Assembly (NCBI RefSeq): GCF_963676685.1
Contig: NC_092352.1
Coordinates: forward strand, 11,532,001 to 11,596,000
Origin: Mytilus edulis
Taxonomy: Eukaryota
DNA length: 64,000 nucleotides
Direction of reading: 5' to 3'
The translations under genes and the position numbers were made by a program. The notes below the pieces were generated by a model that saw only the letters and a list, made by a program, of their open reading frames with translations, was not told where the DNA came from and searched no databases. Position 1 is the stretch's first letter. Each line of letters begins with the position of its first letter. Positions 12,391-26,225 of the stretch are shown here, in pieces.

Positions 12391-12774
12391 GTAAAATTTT
12401 CAAATGATATTTACTTTGACCTGATGACAAATTAAATAAAAAAAATTGAGCAACACAATTTAACCGGAATAGTTAAATTAGGAATTAGATATATAGCAGT
12501 GTGACAAACACTTATTTTGATGTTTAAGAAGCTAACAAATAGTATGTGATTTAAGAGTTCAGCTGATTTGCTATTCTGAACTCTCCCAAGGTATTAACAA
12601 GGCTTTCTTTTTTACGTGTCAAGAAGCTTGAATTTTTTTACTCATAGTTCGTACTTAAAAGGTTCAGCTGAAATGTAAAAAGGTAAGTCCCTTAGGTGTC
12701 CTGAACCTCTTAACGTATTAATCACACACGCTATTTTTTATGTCATTTTTTACATTGATTTATGGAAGACTTAC

Positions 12775-14334
12775 CCATAATTCCAACAGGAAACCAACAA
12801 AGAAAGTCTGTTTAAACAATCAAAAATAATCTTCTAGCCAGTGTTATATCTTGTTTTGTCCTCTTCGCCATTATTCTATTACTACTTTTAGCTACATTGT
12901 AAATTGACAATTGACACCAAGCTATAACAGTAAACGCAATACTGTTGTAAAACACGAAAATAGCTGTTGAATATTCCCATCCGCTGACTTTCTGTCGGGA
13001 AAATGGTAAAGCCAAACAAACTGCTGTTCTTGAATAAAACATATTAGAAAAATATGTCGTATCTAAAATCGGTACCACAGCTATGATGACTACGAATAAC
13101 CAGCAAACCAAAGTCGAGACCTTTGCTATTTTGTATGTTATCCGCCATCCGCCAAATGGAAACTTTACCATTAGATAGCAATCAAAAGTCGTTAACATGA
13201 CAAAACAAACAGATGCCTCACATGAAATGGCTGCAATGATACCTGCAAGTTTACAAACAAAACTATCTCGCCATTCACGGTCATGTAAAATATAGTTTCC
13301 AGAGTAGTACATATCAGCTACAGCAATAATCCCGAGGTACACACCCATCAGCAGGTCTGAAACACCAAGATTCATTATGAATAACCAATTTGCCTTAAAT
13401 AGTAGCGTTTGTTCGTTGATGATACGATAAATTATAACTCCAATATTTCCAATCAAAGCATTTATAGCAATAGTCCAAAGGCACACACGTAATACATCAT
13501 TTCTCATCAAATTGCTACACGAGGAAAATTCGTCCATTTTTGGGAAACAGTTCTCTGCAGAAACAGATTCTGGTTTTAAACAACAAAATATATAGGAATC
13601 AGTTTTCATTTTTGTTAAATGAGAAAGACGGGAAAATATATCAGGAGAAACCTTTGTCACATCGTTTTGTGTCAAATCAATTGTTAGAAGAGATACAAGT
13701 CCATCAAATACATTTTCCTCTACAGTTGTTAGTCCATTCCCTGTTATGTTAAACGTTTCAAGGTTTTCTAAACCAATAAATGTCCCATTAAAAAGTGTTT
13801 TTATTCTAGTTCCAGAAAGTTCCAAATCTTTAACATTAGGTAATGCCATGAACGCATTTGGTTTGATAAATCCCAGCATCAGATTGCCTTTTAAGTTTAA
13901 GGTTACTAGTTTAGTGAGACCATAGAACGTGTAACTTTGTAGAACCTTTAATTTGTTGCTACTCAAATCTAAATGAAGGAGGTTCATTAATTGTTCAAAT
14001 GAGTATGGCATAATCTTGTCAATGCTGCAGTTGAATAGTTTGAAATCAGCCAGGTATGTATATGCAGGAACAATCAAATTATTATTCGGAAACAATGAGC
14101 TGCTCAAATCTAATTTTCTAGCTTCAACAGACAAATCCTTGAAAATTTTTTCTACTTCTTTTTGATGACATATAAATACAAAACCTTCACATGAACATCC
14201 AATAGGACATGTGACATCACAACCAACTTCATCATCCCCATGAGGACATTGTCTTATGTTGTCACAAACCTCATCAAATAACAAACAAGTGGTTGACTGT
14301 TGACATCTATATAATCCAGGACAGGTCAAATTTC
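12775..14334 (-). CDS. GPCR exon 16: LDLa, LRRNT, LRRs, hinge, TM1-TM6 (contains premature TAA)
   Basis: CPGLYRC..CDNIRQCPHGDDEVGC, CPIGCSC, LxxLxLxxN repeats, CC..C.P..DEFSSC, GN (TM1), NLGVSDLLMGVYL (TM2), RRLFLIV*TDFLCWFP. AG acceptor at 14336-14335, GT donor at 12774-12773. Confidence 0.93.
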
Positions 14335-14524
14335 CTGAAAGCAATCATATATGAAAACCTCATCAAATTTGTATGAACTATCCTCAATTAAAAGACAATA
14401 ATGATAAGTTGTGATAGAAAATTTTCAATTGAAAAAAACAAAACAAATGTCTAAATCTTAAGTTTCCATTGTCTTTAAAAAAAGTTGACATTTGAAGGTT
14501 TTGGCTCTGTTTATATCCTCTTAG

Positions 14525-16075
14525 CGAAAAGTAAAATTACAAAAATACTGAACTCTGAGGAAAATTCAAAAAGGAAAGTCACTAATCAAATGGCAAAATC
14601 AAAAGCGCAAACACATCAAACAAATGGATAACAACTGTCATATTCCTGACTTGGTACAGGCATTTTCTTATGTAGAAAATGGTGGATTGAACCTGGTTTT
14701 ATAGCTAGCTAAACCTCTCACTTGTATGACAGTCGCATCAAATTTTTTTATACTGACAACGATGCGTGAACAAAACAAACAGACACAATAGGTAAAAATG
14801 TCAAAAATAGGGGTACAGCGAACAACATTGTGTTATCATCTTAATCACTATAAAAACAAACAAATGTAACAAAGAAGCACAAAAAGGCATACATCAAATT
14901 AAACATCCTCATTTTGCTTTTTTACTATACGATTTTATTTATCTATGTAAAATCCACCCATAAAGGATTGAAATGTTTTAAGTACTGGCGTAGAATCGCG
15001 CGTTTTACGTCACACAGGTAGATATTAAATAATTTTGTCGTTCAAAGTATGACGGGATACATAAGTACAGAGTCACGTCAAATGGATATCACAAAAAACA
15101 GACTTAACAGTAAAAGCAATATTAATGAGAAAAATAATTTTGTCGTTCAAAGTATGACGAAATGGATATCACAAAAAGCAGACTTAACAGTAAAAGTAAT
15201 ATTAATAAAGACAAATAAAGAAATACTATAACACGTTATTAAGATGATAAACAACGTCAGTACGCAGAATCTATACTTCAAGTCATCGTGTATTATTTGT
15301 GAAGTTGTGAAGGTCTTGGTTTCTTCCGATGAACTTTTAGAAAAAGGACGAGACGTTCTTTGACATACCCCTGGTTCATCAACTTTCTGTTCAGACACTG
15401 TTGACGTTTTACAAATTCTGAGTAGGAGCTGCAAGCTCTTGAATACCGAATAAGTTGGGAAATGTATATCCCATATGCAGGTGAAGTTGGTATATTGCTA
15501 CTAAGGTGGGGGAAATTGATAATTTCAAAATTAAAATCGTCTCGTTTGTCATAGATTCTGGTACTGAGATGACTGTGTATGTCAAATTCGATGTATAAGT
15601 CTAAAAATGAGGCGGAGGAAGCCGTGTCTGTTGTTTTTTTAATTTCTAGTTCTGGGGGATATATTAATGGAACCCAATCAGAAAAGTTCGGATTTTTAAT
15701 GGAAAGAACATCATCAATACATCTGAAAGTGAAATTAAATAACCTGGCTTCTTTGATCTTCTTGTTTTTGACAAGTGTCTGAAGGAACTCCGATTCATAT
15801 GAAAATAAGAAGAGGTCGGCAAGAAGAGGCGCACAGTTCGTTCCCATAGGAATGCCGACAATTTGTTGAAAAAGTCTACCTCTAAATTCAACAAATACGT
15901 TGTCAATAAGAAACTCAAGCATACTGATCACTTGTTCCTCTGTGTAGCATGTTTTACCCTTTTGTTAACTATTAACAAAATATGCTTTATGGTATCCCAA
16001 AGCAATAAATTTATAGCGTATGCTACCATTTTTATGTTGAAAAGCATTGTGGATTATTTCTTTTAGACGATTTTT
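14525..16075 (-). mobile_element. Penelope-like (Naiad-type) retroelement, 5'-truncated: RT C-terminus plus 3' UTR
   Basis: QQIVGIPMGTNCAPLLADLFL, FRCIDD, FLDL, YDKRDDF, YGIYISQLIRY. No GIY-YIG after the RT. Confidence 0.88.
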
Positions 16076-16614
16076 CATGCTTCCCTACTGAAATTGATAT
16101 CATACCTTTATGAATAAGAAGATGTGGTATGAGTGCCAATGAGACAACTCTCCATCCAAGTCATAATGTCTAAAAAGTTAACAATGATAGGTCAAAGTAA
16201 GACCTTCAACATTCAAACAGGAAAACCAACGGTCTAATTCATATAAAAAACGAGAAACGAGAAACATCTATGAACCAACCAACAACTGAACAACAGGCTT
16301 CTGACTTAGGCCAGGTGTATAAAAATGAAACGGGTTTAAACGTTTTAACAGGCGCCAAACTTCACCCTAACATGAGACAGTAGTGTACCATTACAACATA
16401 AAAAGACACAATATGAAATATCAATTGAAATGGCTATGTTCATAATTAAACAGTTAAATATTTTTAATTATGTTTTAATAGATTAAAAACAAAAACAATG
16501 TTAGCATCGACGAACAACAATATAGCTACAGTCTGATGATACGTATTTAAGAAAAAGCGTGTGCATTAGGATGAATACAACATTATAATGTCAAGAAGAC
16601 TTATAATTGGTTAC

Positions 16615-16731
16615 CACAAAATAATTCATCATCGCCATGGGTGCAATGTTTTCTGCCGTCACAAAGTAAGCTTGATGAAATGCAGTGACCCTCTTTGCAT
16701 TTGAAGAAGCCTGGCTGGCAAATCTCTTTTT
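16615..16731 (-). CDS. GPCR exon 15: LDLa repeat
   Basis: [39 protein letters not shown]; 117 nt, phase 1-1, AG/GT. Confidence 0.9.
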
Positions 16732-17423
16732 CTACAAAATATATTGTTTTTTTTTTATAAAAGTGTATTTTTAGGGGTGATTGAACAAAGATTCGCAGAT
16801 TTATAGTTGGAAACAAGAATGAAATGTTTTCTGCAATTAAACACAAGATTGTTCAATTATAGACAGTTGTCCATTCAATACATAGAACTATAAACCGTCC
16901 AAAGTTTGAGTAAAACATGAAAACAACACGTTATAAATTGCATGCGTCCGAGGTGCTTTTCTAGATTAACCTTCATCAGGAACGCCCAAAGCCGAATATT
17001 TGAAAGCCAAGGATGTGTAAGAACCGAAATAGTTGAAGAGCTTTATAACCAAAAAGGACCTAAACAAAAAGCCAAATTTAGTAAAAAAAATTTAACACTT
17101 TTATTCCACGGATCGATATGAAAAGAATGCGAACTGAGAAATAGTCTCAAACAAGAGTATGTGTCCAAAAGACCCAATGCCCCGCTCACATCGTGATTCT
17201 CTTTGTCAAATGAAATTGAGGGCAACATTCTCATTTGTAATGCATTTTAGTTGGAAATAATAAATGTAACCTGTGTATTAAGTTTCAAGTTGATGACTAC
17301 AGGCCAAACTGAACTACTTTCATTAAAAACCCTGATAATCATAATTGAATAATACTTATAATACTTAAAATACTTTATTCTATGATAATTTACCAAAGTA
17401 TTGGAAAGAGCTTCAAGAAATCT

Positions 17424-20400
17424 TCACTGCTGATTCCATAAAGAAACACAAATACTGCTGTGATCACTATAATATGTCTTAACAACTTTCATATGCTTCA
17501 CTATTAGATTGTCTGTGTAAAAATGGTCAAGAATTGACCCACTAATATGTGTTGGTACTGAGACATGTTGTTTTAAGCCGGAATTCAAAAAATAATTCAT
17601 GTAGAACTGATGACTGATCTAAACTAATGTCTTGGTTGATATCTCCTGTGATGATAGAGTTATCGAAAATGTATGGATGTGTTTCAATTAAATCACGAAA
17701 TTTGTCTCGACAATGCATGCTTGGATTTTGTTGATTTGGAGAATTTTAATTTGCTGTAATATAAAGATATCCATTAGAAGTATTCACTTTGATTACAGCG
17801 ATTTGAAGGAAATTGTCCTTGTAAAGAAGCACTTGCTCACTGTAAATTGATTGTTTTACCATAATAGCTGTGCCACCTGCTGTCCTACAAGTTCTGTTGC
17901 CAGGTTTGTCGACTCTGTAAATGTTATGTGTTTTGAAATGTTCTAAAGATGTTGTTTTAATATTGTCAGTTAACCATGTTTCTGTAATTACAATCACATC
18001 ACTATTTGAATGACAAGGATCTAACAGAATATCTTTCTCATGTAGTAAAAAGGAACGAGCATTGATAACAGATATCAAAAACTCTTTTTGGTCTTCCTTA
18101 ATGAAGGTGAAAAATTGATCAGTGACACAATTTCCCCTAAGCCGTTCCATTTCTTTGAGAACAGACTTGTTTGCTTTAACTTTTTTTTCCTCAAAATATT
18201 CTAGATATAATTCAGTTAATGTTTTTGCTCTACTCAACGCCACATATGCTTGCCCATCAAAGAATGTGTTTTGAAATGATACAACAATTTTGTTTACAGT
18301 TATCCCTTGCACCTTGTGTATGGTACAGGCTCATGCTAATTTGATAGGGAATTGCAGACGGGACATCTTTAGCCCTTTGTTTTTTGATGATAATGTGAAT
18401 GAAATTTCACTCCGTGCAATAGGTGTGGCTGAACTAAATTGTTTGTTTTCAACTGGGAATCGAGATACCTTTCTTGCATTAGATCCTGTATTTGCATCAT
18501 CAAACTGTACCAACAAAGCAACTACATTTGAAATTGTTGAGGAATTGTTTATACGCTTTATTATCATTTTAATGGTTCCTTGAGCACCATTTACAAGTCC
18601 ATCTGATACATCAACATTTCTTGTAAGCATGATTTTTGCTCCAACTGCTACTGTAATTTCATCAGGCAAACCACCAGTAAATCTAGGATCATTTTTTGGA
18701 TTTATTTTCTTTAAGTCATGAGGCTTTTTATCAATTGCTTTTAATATTTCCATGGTTTCCTTTGAAGTTGATAACATTTTGGTATTATGCTGGTCCACCT
18801 TTGCATTAGTGGAATATACATGTAAACAGTCTATGGGATGTTTTAATGGATGAATTGTTGTATCTGTACATTTCAATACTTCTATATCTTCACTTGTGAA
18901 AGTAGCATTTCTAATTCTATTTAACAATTCAGCAAACTTGAAATCATCCTTTTGCCTCATTATCTCAGTGAGCTCATATAGTGAGAAATCATCCCATAAA
19001 TTACCATACATACGACTTAATGGGTCTTTAGATGGTTTAAATACAAACTGCTGCATAACTGGTGGTAATTGAAAAAGATCTCCAAAATGCCAGAACTGAA
19101 ATACCCCCAAATGGTTCATTAATTCCAGTTATTTCACAAAGCCGGTAATGTATTTGTAGAAGCAGCTCTGATCCTACCATGGATATCTCATCGATGATAA
19201 GAAGTCTAATTTTGCTTGCTTTTGACCTTAATGCATTTCTTTTGTCATCTGATAATTTTAGATATGTTTTAGTTTGTCCTAAAGGTAGCAAGAAGGCAGA
19301 ATGTAATGTCACACCTGAAATGTTGTGAGCAGCTGTACCTGTTGGGGCTGTTAATAGGACATGAACATCATCAGGATTGTCTCCAATAGTTTGTAGCTTG
19401 CGTAAAGCCATCTGATAAATGCAAGAAATTAAATGAGACTTTCCTGTTCCTGCTCCACCAGAAATGAACATACGCAGTGGGTCACTCTTCTTCTTTGAGA
19501 TGTCCATATGTGCTAGGTTCTCACAACACTGCAATACTATTTGGAGAATGTCGCTTTGTTTGGCATTGAGGCTGCGAATTCTTTCACGATAATCCTCATC
19601 AGTCAAAAATAGTGGTCTAAGTTCGACTGTCATGCTAACAGGAACAGTGTTACATATGACAGGTTTTTCATTTTGTTTTCGTTTATCTTCTGTGTTTAAA
19701 AAAGAAAAGTTTTCATCTTCAGTAACCCCTTCTACTTGTTCAGCATTTTCCTGTTCTACTTGTGGTGCAATAGTATCCCAACTATGCTCAGGTGGACCAA
19801 CAGATTCAAATTGATCTAATGCTTCTTCAAAAATGTCTGCATGATGTTCTAAATGTTGTCTATTGCTGTCAATAATGTCAAACACATTATCATAGAGCTC
19901 TTCATACATATCAAACTTGTTTAGATCTTCATGTTCTTTTCTCCAAGGCATGTACAGTAATAATTGTGAATAACAATAATCCTCTTTTTCTTTCAATTCT
20001 GAGTATTTATGATATTTAAGAATTGCTGGTTTTCTTGTCTTTCGCATTTGTCCTAGTGTATTTTTAAGAGTAATAGTACTTGATGCTGTATTGTCTTCAG
20101 CTGATTCAATACCATTCTCACAACTTTCACTTTTTTTTACTGTTATCATATGTATACCAGATGGAAAATTTGGCCAAACAGAGATTTTCTAACTTTGTTG
20201 ATCTTGCTGCATAGCGATCCAAAATACTTGTCTGATAAACATCTTCATCTTCGTCTTCCTTGTCTTTGACCGATGACATTGGTTTAAGTAAACATATACG
20301 CCTTTCTGGTCTGTCTGCTGGAACATATACAGTGGAAAAGTTACTCTTGAATAATGGAAAACTCAGCAAACGATAAACTGCTTCCTGCGCACTAACCTCT

Positions 20401-23400
20401 CTTGCATTCAAAAATGCAGAAGCATATTTTTCATTGATGACTTAAAATCTAAAGTGTTTGCTTCATTAGACACTGCTTGAAGTATCTGGCTCATCTCTCG
20501 TTCATCTTTGGTGATATAAGCAACCATGTATGCAATGCAAGCATATGGATCCAAACAGTACTGAACATCCAAATTTGCTTCCCATGCACGTAGTAAATGT
20601 TTATTGTATGAGTTTATTTGAATCTCAGTCGGGTTTCTTTTGTAAATAATAAGTTTTCCACGCTTTGATAGTTCTAGTGCTGATTTGTATTCTTGAGGTG
20701 AAATGTTTGAATCCTTTAACAGATGATTCAATGATGTATAGTCTTTTGTCTCTAATTTTTCAATTACTGAGTATTTAATTAAAGCTGCATTTTCCAGTGC
20801 TAATTTTGCCTCATTAGGGTTAAGAAAATCTGATGGTTGAGCAATTATTGTTTCTGATGAAGGTGGTTTTGGGTAGTTGAACCTGCAGTGTGTGCCTTTC
20901 TTTTTACAAGTTGCTGTATGGTTGTGGAACTGTACAGATTTTACCAAATTATGAAATTCTGGATGTCTTTTTGCAGATGGTATTGAGCATGTTATATATT
21001 TGTCTATGAATTTGACAATATCTTTTACAGGAGTATCTGGATTTGGTGCATTATCAACCCAAAGCACGCAGTGTGCATGAGGGGATCCTCTTTGCCGGAA
21101 CTCTATTCTATAAGAATAATAAGTAATGTTTCCCAAAGGTTCAGCATTACTAAGTATAACATCCCTAAAAAGACACTGTAATATATGGTCAAAATGCCTA
21201 GCTGCTGTCACAGGATTTGATCTCAAAATTCCACATTTTTCCTCCCATGTGAGTTTACCTACTTCTTCTTTGGACATTGACTTTCCCTGTTGCCTTGTTA
21301 TAACTATTATTGTATCTGTCCATTTCATGTCAGCTGCAGATAAAGTGACAAAGAAGGTGAATATACCAAGTTGTTTCACTGCTGCTAGCAACTTATACAT
21401 TGCTTTTTGCCAATATGGTGGAGTACCTCTTATTATTTGCAGAAATCTATATGCCTTGTCTTTCCTTATTAGACTTTGGAGGCGTACAGGATCTTTCAAC
21501 ATACCAACATTGACAGCCTCTCCTGATGAATGACTGTAAGCCTTTCTCACTGCTATTGATATTGAGTCCATAATTTGTTTATATTCTGTTACGTATTGGG
21601 CAAAAAAGAGATACTCAATGTTTTTAGCAAACACTCCAGTTTTATTCAGTATCCTTGCATTAAAGTACTTTTTAGGTGTAAGGTGTACATTTCTGTGCCG
21701 GTCAAAGCCAAATGGACCTGTAGGGAAAAGCTGTGGAAAAGATAATTCTTCACACCCTTCATCCAACATAATATTTACTGGTGATTTTCCTTCACCTGGT
21801 GCAAGAGTTATTATATTTTCTGTGTCCAAATGAGGATCTGTTCGTTGAATGCATGTATCATATAAGACATTTTTTTTGTTCAGAAGTATCAGGTTCATCT
21901 CCATCTTCTGATTCTTCAGATTCTTCATCCTGTGTATCATCTTTGTGGTCATTGGAATCATCATTATTAGTTATGTTATTATCATCCTTAGTAATAGCAT
22001 TCCAAAGTTCCTTATCTTCACGTGCACTTGTATTTTCCAAGTCTGAGGTTTCCATAATATTAAAATAATGAGGATTATTTTTTTTAAACCATTGTAGACA
22101 TTCAAGTATTACTTTGGGCCTTATGTTTTGAAAAAAATGCATGTCCCTTGTAACATTTCTTTCGTTTAATTTTGATAGGTATAATTCCAGCACTGATGGG
22201 AGTTTGTGGAAGAGATGTGCATACTTGTTGTACATTAACTGGCACATTAACCACTGCTCCTTTTATTCCTGTTTGTCATCGTCTTGGTAAGGCTAACAAC
22301 TTCATGAATGGATAACGTGTAGATAGTATGCGTGCTTCAAGTGGTGTCAAATCCTGAATTATTTTGGGTACATCTGGCAACATCATGTTATTAGCTTCTG
22401 CTTGTGGTGGCATTTTGTTATTTTGGATATGTTTCATACAGGTCTTGCACATGTATTCAATATTATCTCTGGATTGACTCGCAGTCCTACATTTCTCCAG
22501 TATGTCTTTAAACTTGAATTTATCATTTTTTAGTCTGACAACTGTTGATTTGTATAACATTCTGTTACATACTGTACAAATATACTCCAGTGATTCACTA
22601 ATATGTTTCCTAAATAATCTCAGTTTAAAATCAATGTCAAGTGATCTTTTCTGCCTTAATATGCTCATTCGATTTCTTTTAAACTTCAACTTATCTTGAA
22701 GTCTATCATAAGATAATGTTTTTCCTTCAAAGCTTTTACGTTTTGCCTCCTTTGTATTTCGAATTTTTCTGTTGTTTTGGGGAATTTCTTGTCTAAACAT
22801 TTTCATTCTTTTCATAGCAGCCTTTTTACCTAGTGTTTTGTCATCTTGAGGAAGTTCTTGTCTAAACAATCTCTCTCTGTCTGAATCAGCTCTTTTGACT
22901 CGTTCTTTGTCATCTTAAGGAAGTTCTTGTCTAAACAATTTCTTTCTGTCTGAATCAGCTCTTTTGACTCGTTCTTTGTCATCTTGAGGAAGTTCTTGTC
23001 TAAAAATCTTCATTCTTTTCACTGCAGCCTTTTTAGCTAGTTCTATGTCATCTTGAGAAAGTTCTTGTCTAAACAATTTCTTTCTGTCTGAATCAGCTCT
23101 TTTGACTCGTTCTTTGTCATCTTGAGGAAGTTCTTGTCTAAAAATCTTCATTCTCTTCACAGCAGCTTTTTTAGCTAGTTCTTTGTAATCTTGAGAATGT
23201 TTATCTCTAAACAATCTCTTTCTGTTTAAATCAGATCTTTTAACTAGTTCTTTGACATCTTCAGGAAGCTTATCTTTAAACAATTTTTTTCTGTTTAAAT
23301 TAGCTTTTTCGGCTAGTTCTTTTTCATGTCTGGAAAACTGTTCTCTATTAAATCTCCTTCTTTCTTTGTCGTTTTGTCTTGTTATGTGTTGCTTTCGTTG

Positions 23401-24787
23401 AGATATAGTCTTTCTATTAATTTGTTTTCTCACAGATTCCTTATTCATAATACATTGTGTTTTTTCACTTGGATTATTTGAGTTTTTATTTGAAGCCCAC
23501 TTGATTTGTCTTTCTAATTCCTTTGAAAGTAATTCAATCTCAGGACAATTAGTCACAGAATTATTTTTTAACAGATTTTGAAGATCTTGGGTTGATGTAA
23601 CAACTTCAAAATGGTTTTGATTGGTATGTTTGAGATATATAGCATTATATTTATTTCTAATATTTGCTTGTGACTGTGATGCTGTGTATTTTAACCACTT
23701 CCATGTTTGCTCAGTGAAAGAGTACACATATATATCTGTTTGTAAACAACTTGCCATAGCAGTAATTTCTACTTCTGTAGCCCACACTGACAGACTTGCC
23801 ATATTTGATTTTTGCAAATATTGTCTCACAGTTATTCTGGATGGTAGAACAGTTGTTAATTCTTGTGGTATTGTCATCATATATGCAGTTAAATACTTTC
23901 TTACAGCTTCGTGATAATTTTCACTACCAGTCATTATAAAAGACACTGCCCTAAAAAGCAGTTTCCATCACCAACTAAAGGATGTATATTTGTAGGGACT
24001 TGAATTAAACTATCTGAAGAATCAAAATGGTGAACAAATAATACAGGTAACTTAAATTTGATTGTCTGAACTGCCTGCCATTTCATATCAATTGGATTGA
24101 ATGTAAAATCCTGTATCTGTTGTGTTCCTAAATAAATTAGTTCATCATTTGATGCAGCCTGTGTTGACACATTTTGACAATTGTTCTTAGTAATGTTCCT
24201 TCCTGGAACATCATCAAATCGTTTGTCTTTAACTTCATCAACAACTTTAGATTCTTCCTTAAAGACCTTTTGTAATTCTACAAACTGGGCATTAGTATCA
24301 CTCAAAGTATCTTCCTTGTTCTTTTCTTTATTTTCAACGTTTTGAATTTTACTCTCTGTAGGGTTTTTTTCGACACTACTTTTACAAAAGTTTGTTTTTA
24401 TTAATTGAGTTTTTTTTTCTTTAGATACTAGTTTGATTCTTGATTTTGTCACATCGTCAACAACCTTGATATTGTCTAAATGCTGATTAAGTTTTTGAAC
24501 AGAACTAATACTGTAGAGCAGTGCTTACAATAAGTACACTTATGATTGCTCAAAGTTCTTTTTGATTTGAAATCCTTATTGCAGTAATCACATGTGAAAT
24601 CTGTTGCACAGTTATGGGATTTAAGCTTCTGTGAAGACGTGAACACTTTATCACAAAAAGTACAAATTATACATTGATGTTTTTTCAGGAATGATTTTCT
24701 ATTGTATGTTTTCCCACATGTGAAACACTTGTAGATGTTGTCATTATATAGATGAGCTCCTTTATTTCCTAGTAGATGATCAGTCAT
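17424..24787 (-). pseudogene. Helentron polyprotein, about 2450 codons, broken by stops and frameshifts: C2H2-like zinc fingers, OTU protease, 23-aa repeats, HUH Rep, Pif1 helicase, EEP endonuclease
   Basis: OTU: GDGNCF, WATEVEI, HFEVV. Rep: EFRQRGSPHAH, YMVAYITK. Pif1: GGAGTGKS, LIIDEISMV, GDLFQLPPV, LTEIMRQ, QFPIKLA*ACTIHKVQG, YVALSR. EEP: INARS, TETWL, GDIN, LDH, SDH. Terminal TGA at 17424-17426. Confidence 0.92.
22720..23390 (-). repeat. 69-bp (23-aa) coding tandem repeat, STPR-like
   Basis: ELPQDDKERVKRADSDRKKLFRQ alternates with ELSQDDIELAKKAAVKRMKIFRQ; GTCTAAA recurs every 69 nt. Confidence 0.9.
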
Positions 24788-26225
24788 GCTGCTTTTTCTG
24801 AAAATAAAATATTAAAATATAGCTTTTTAAAAGCACATGATTGTTAAATTGTATGTTAATGATGATTTCAGTTATACACTTGATAAAGATCCCCTTTATC
24901 ATTGTTTATCAATAGTGTAAATGGTTCCTTTTAAACATATAGAGATTAATTCAAATCAATTAATTTAATGTTGTATGAATTTAGAATAAAATATGCGTAT
25001 TATCCAGATGAAATTATCAATATAAGACAATTTCAGTTAAAATAGTTGTGTAGTGTTATTTTACAATAATATGGTTGAATGTAAAACTAACAATTTTTAA
25101 ATTTTATTGTTCTGACTGATCTTTTCTGGATTCATATCATTGAAGTTACATAAAGAACTTTTTAATAAAAAAATAAAAATATGTCTTGAACTGATCATGA
25201 TATTATCAATAACAGAGGTTACAAGTTGAACTTTATAAACTGGGAAAAAGGATGAAAAAGTTTAATGCATAACTGTTAAATAATTACAAGTTATAAACTG
25301 GGCAACCTTTGTAGGAAATACAGGACAAATTTAACAACTTTGTAAATATCTTGAAGCCACATCAAGTTAATATTTCGATTTTCATCTGTCATAAGAAATA
25401 GGTCAGTATTTATATTTAATTGTTTTTTTAATTTTTCAGAGAGTTACAAAGCCAAGTCATGTCTGTTAATCCTATCATTGGCTGAAGTAAATAAAAAAAT
25501 GAAACATATTAACTGAAACAAATTGAAGTGGAATAGGGAAAAAAGTCTGCAGATTCATGAGTCCTATATAGGGTTTAACTTGATATGACCTTTTGATAAG
25601 TTGAATTTTATAATTAGTCTAATTTCCACTAATAATTGATAGAGGTTTAAAGCAGTAATACCAAAACAAAACATCAATTTTCTGGTCAATTATAAAGCTT
25701 TTTGTTTGCTTTTGAGGTGTCAAAGGTACTTCAAAATGAAACTTTAATTTCAAAGAACCAACTCTGGCATCAATTTTTGTTTTGAAAAAATATCATATTA
25801 CTGCTGCAAACAAACAAACAAATAATTATATTACTTACTTACTTATGCTCAAAGATAACTGTAATAATAACAATTCCATTCTACAATTTTTAATATAAAT
25901 AGTAGTTTATAATACGTACACAATATATATTCAATAAAAAGTTTTAAAAACTTACAAAAACATCACAGCCATTATTGTACTCAGTAATTCCAAGATCTTC
26001 AAAACTGCACGCACACACAATGTGTTGAACAGAGAACTGTTCTCTTTAGTTGCAAGTTGATGCAAACTATAAACTAGAGCCTGTGTAGCATACCTGTTAT
26101 CTTTTTAAATAAAATTGATACATTATACAATAGAACAACAATAATAATTCTAATGCTTTATTCCTAACAATTATGGTTTCCAGGTTGTGAATTATAACTT
26201 CATGATAAACTACCTCGTGACTCAC

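Noticed and set aside
14525-15300. SECIS element in the Naiad 3' UTR
   Set aside because: An ATGA...TGA pair exists but I could not see a convincing helix with apical AA, and no in-frame UGA at conserved Cys positions was seen. A SECISearch run would be needed.
18290-23914. Plus-strand ORFs overlapping the Helentron coding region
   Set aside because: Antisense shadows of the minus-strand coding sequence with no recognisable motifs.
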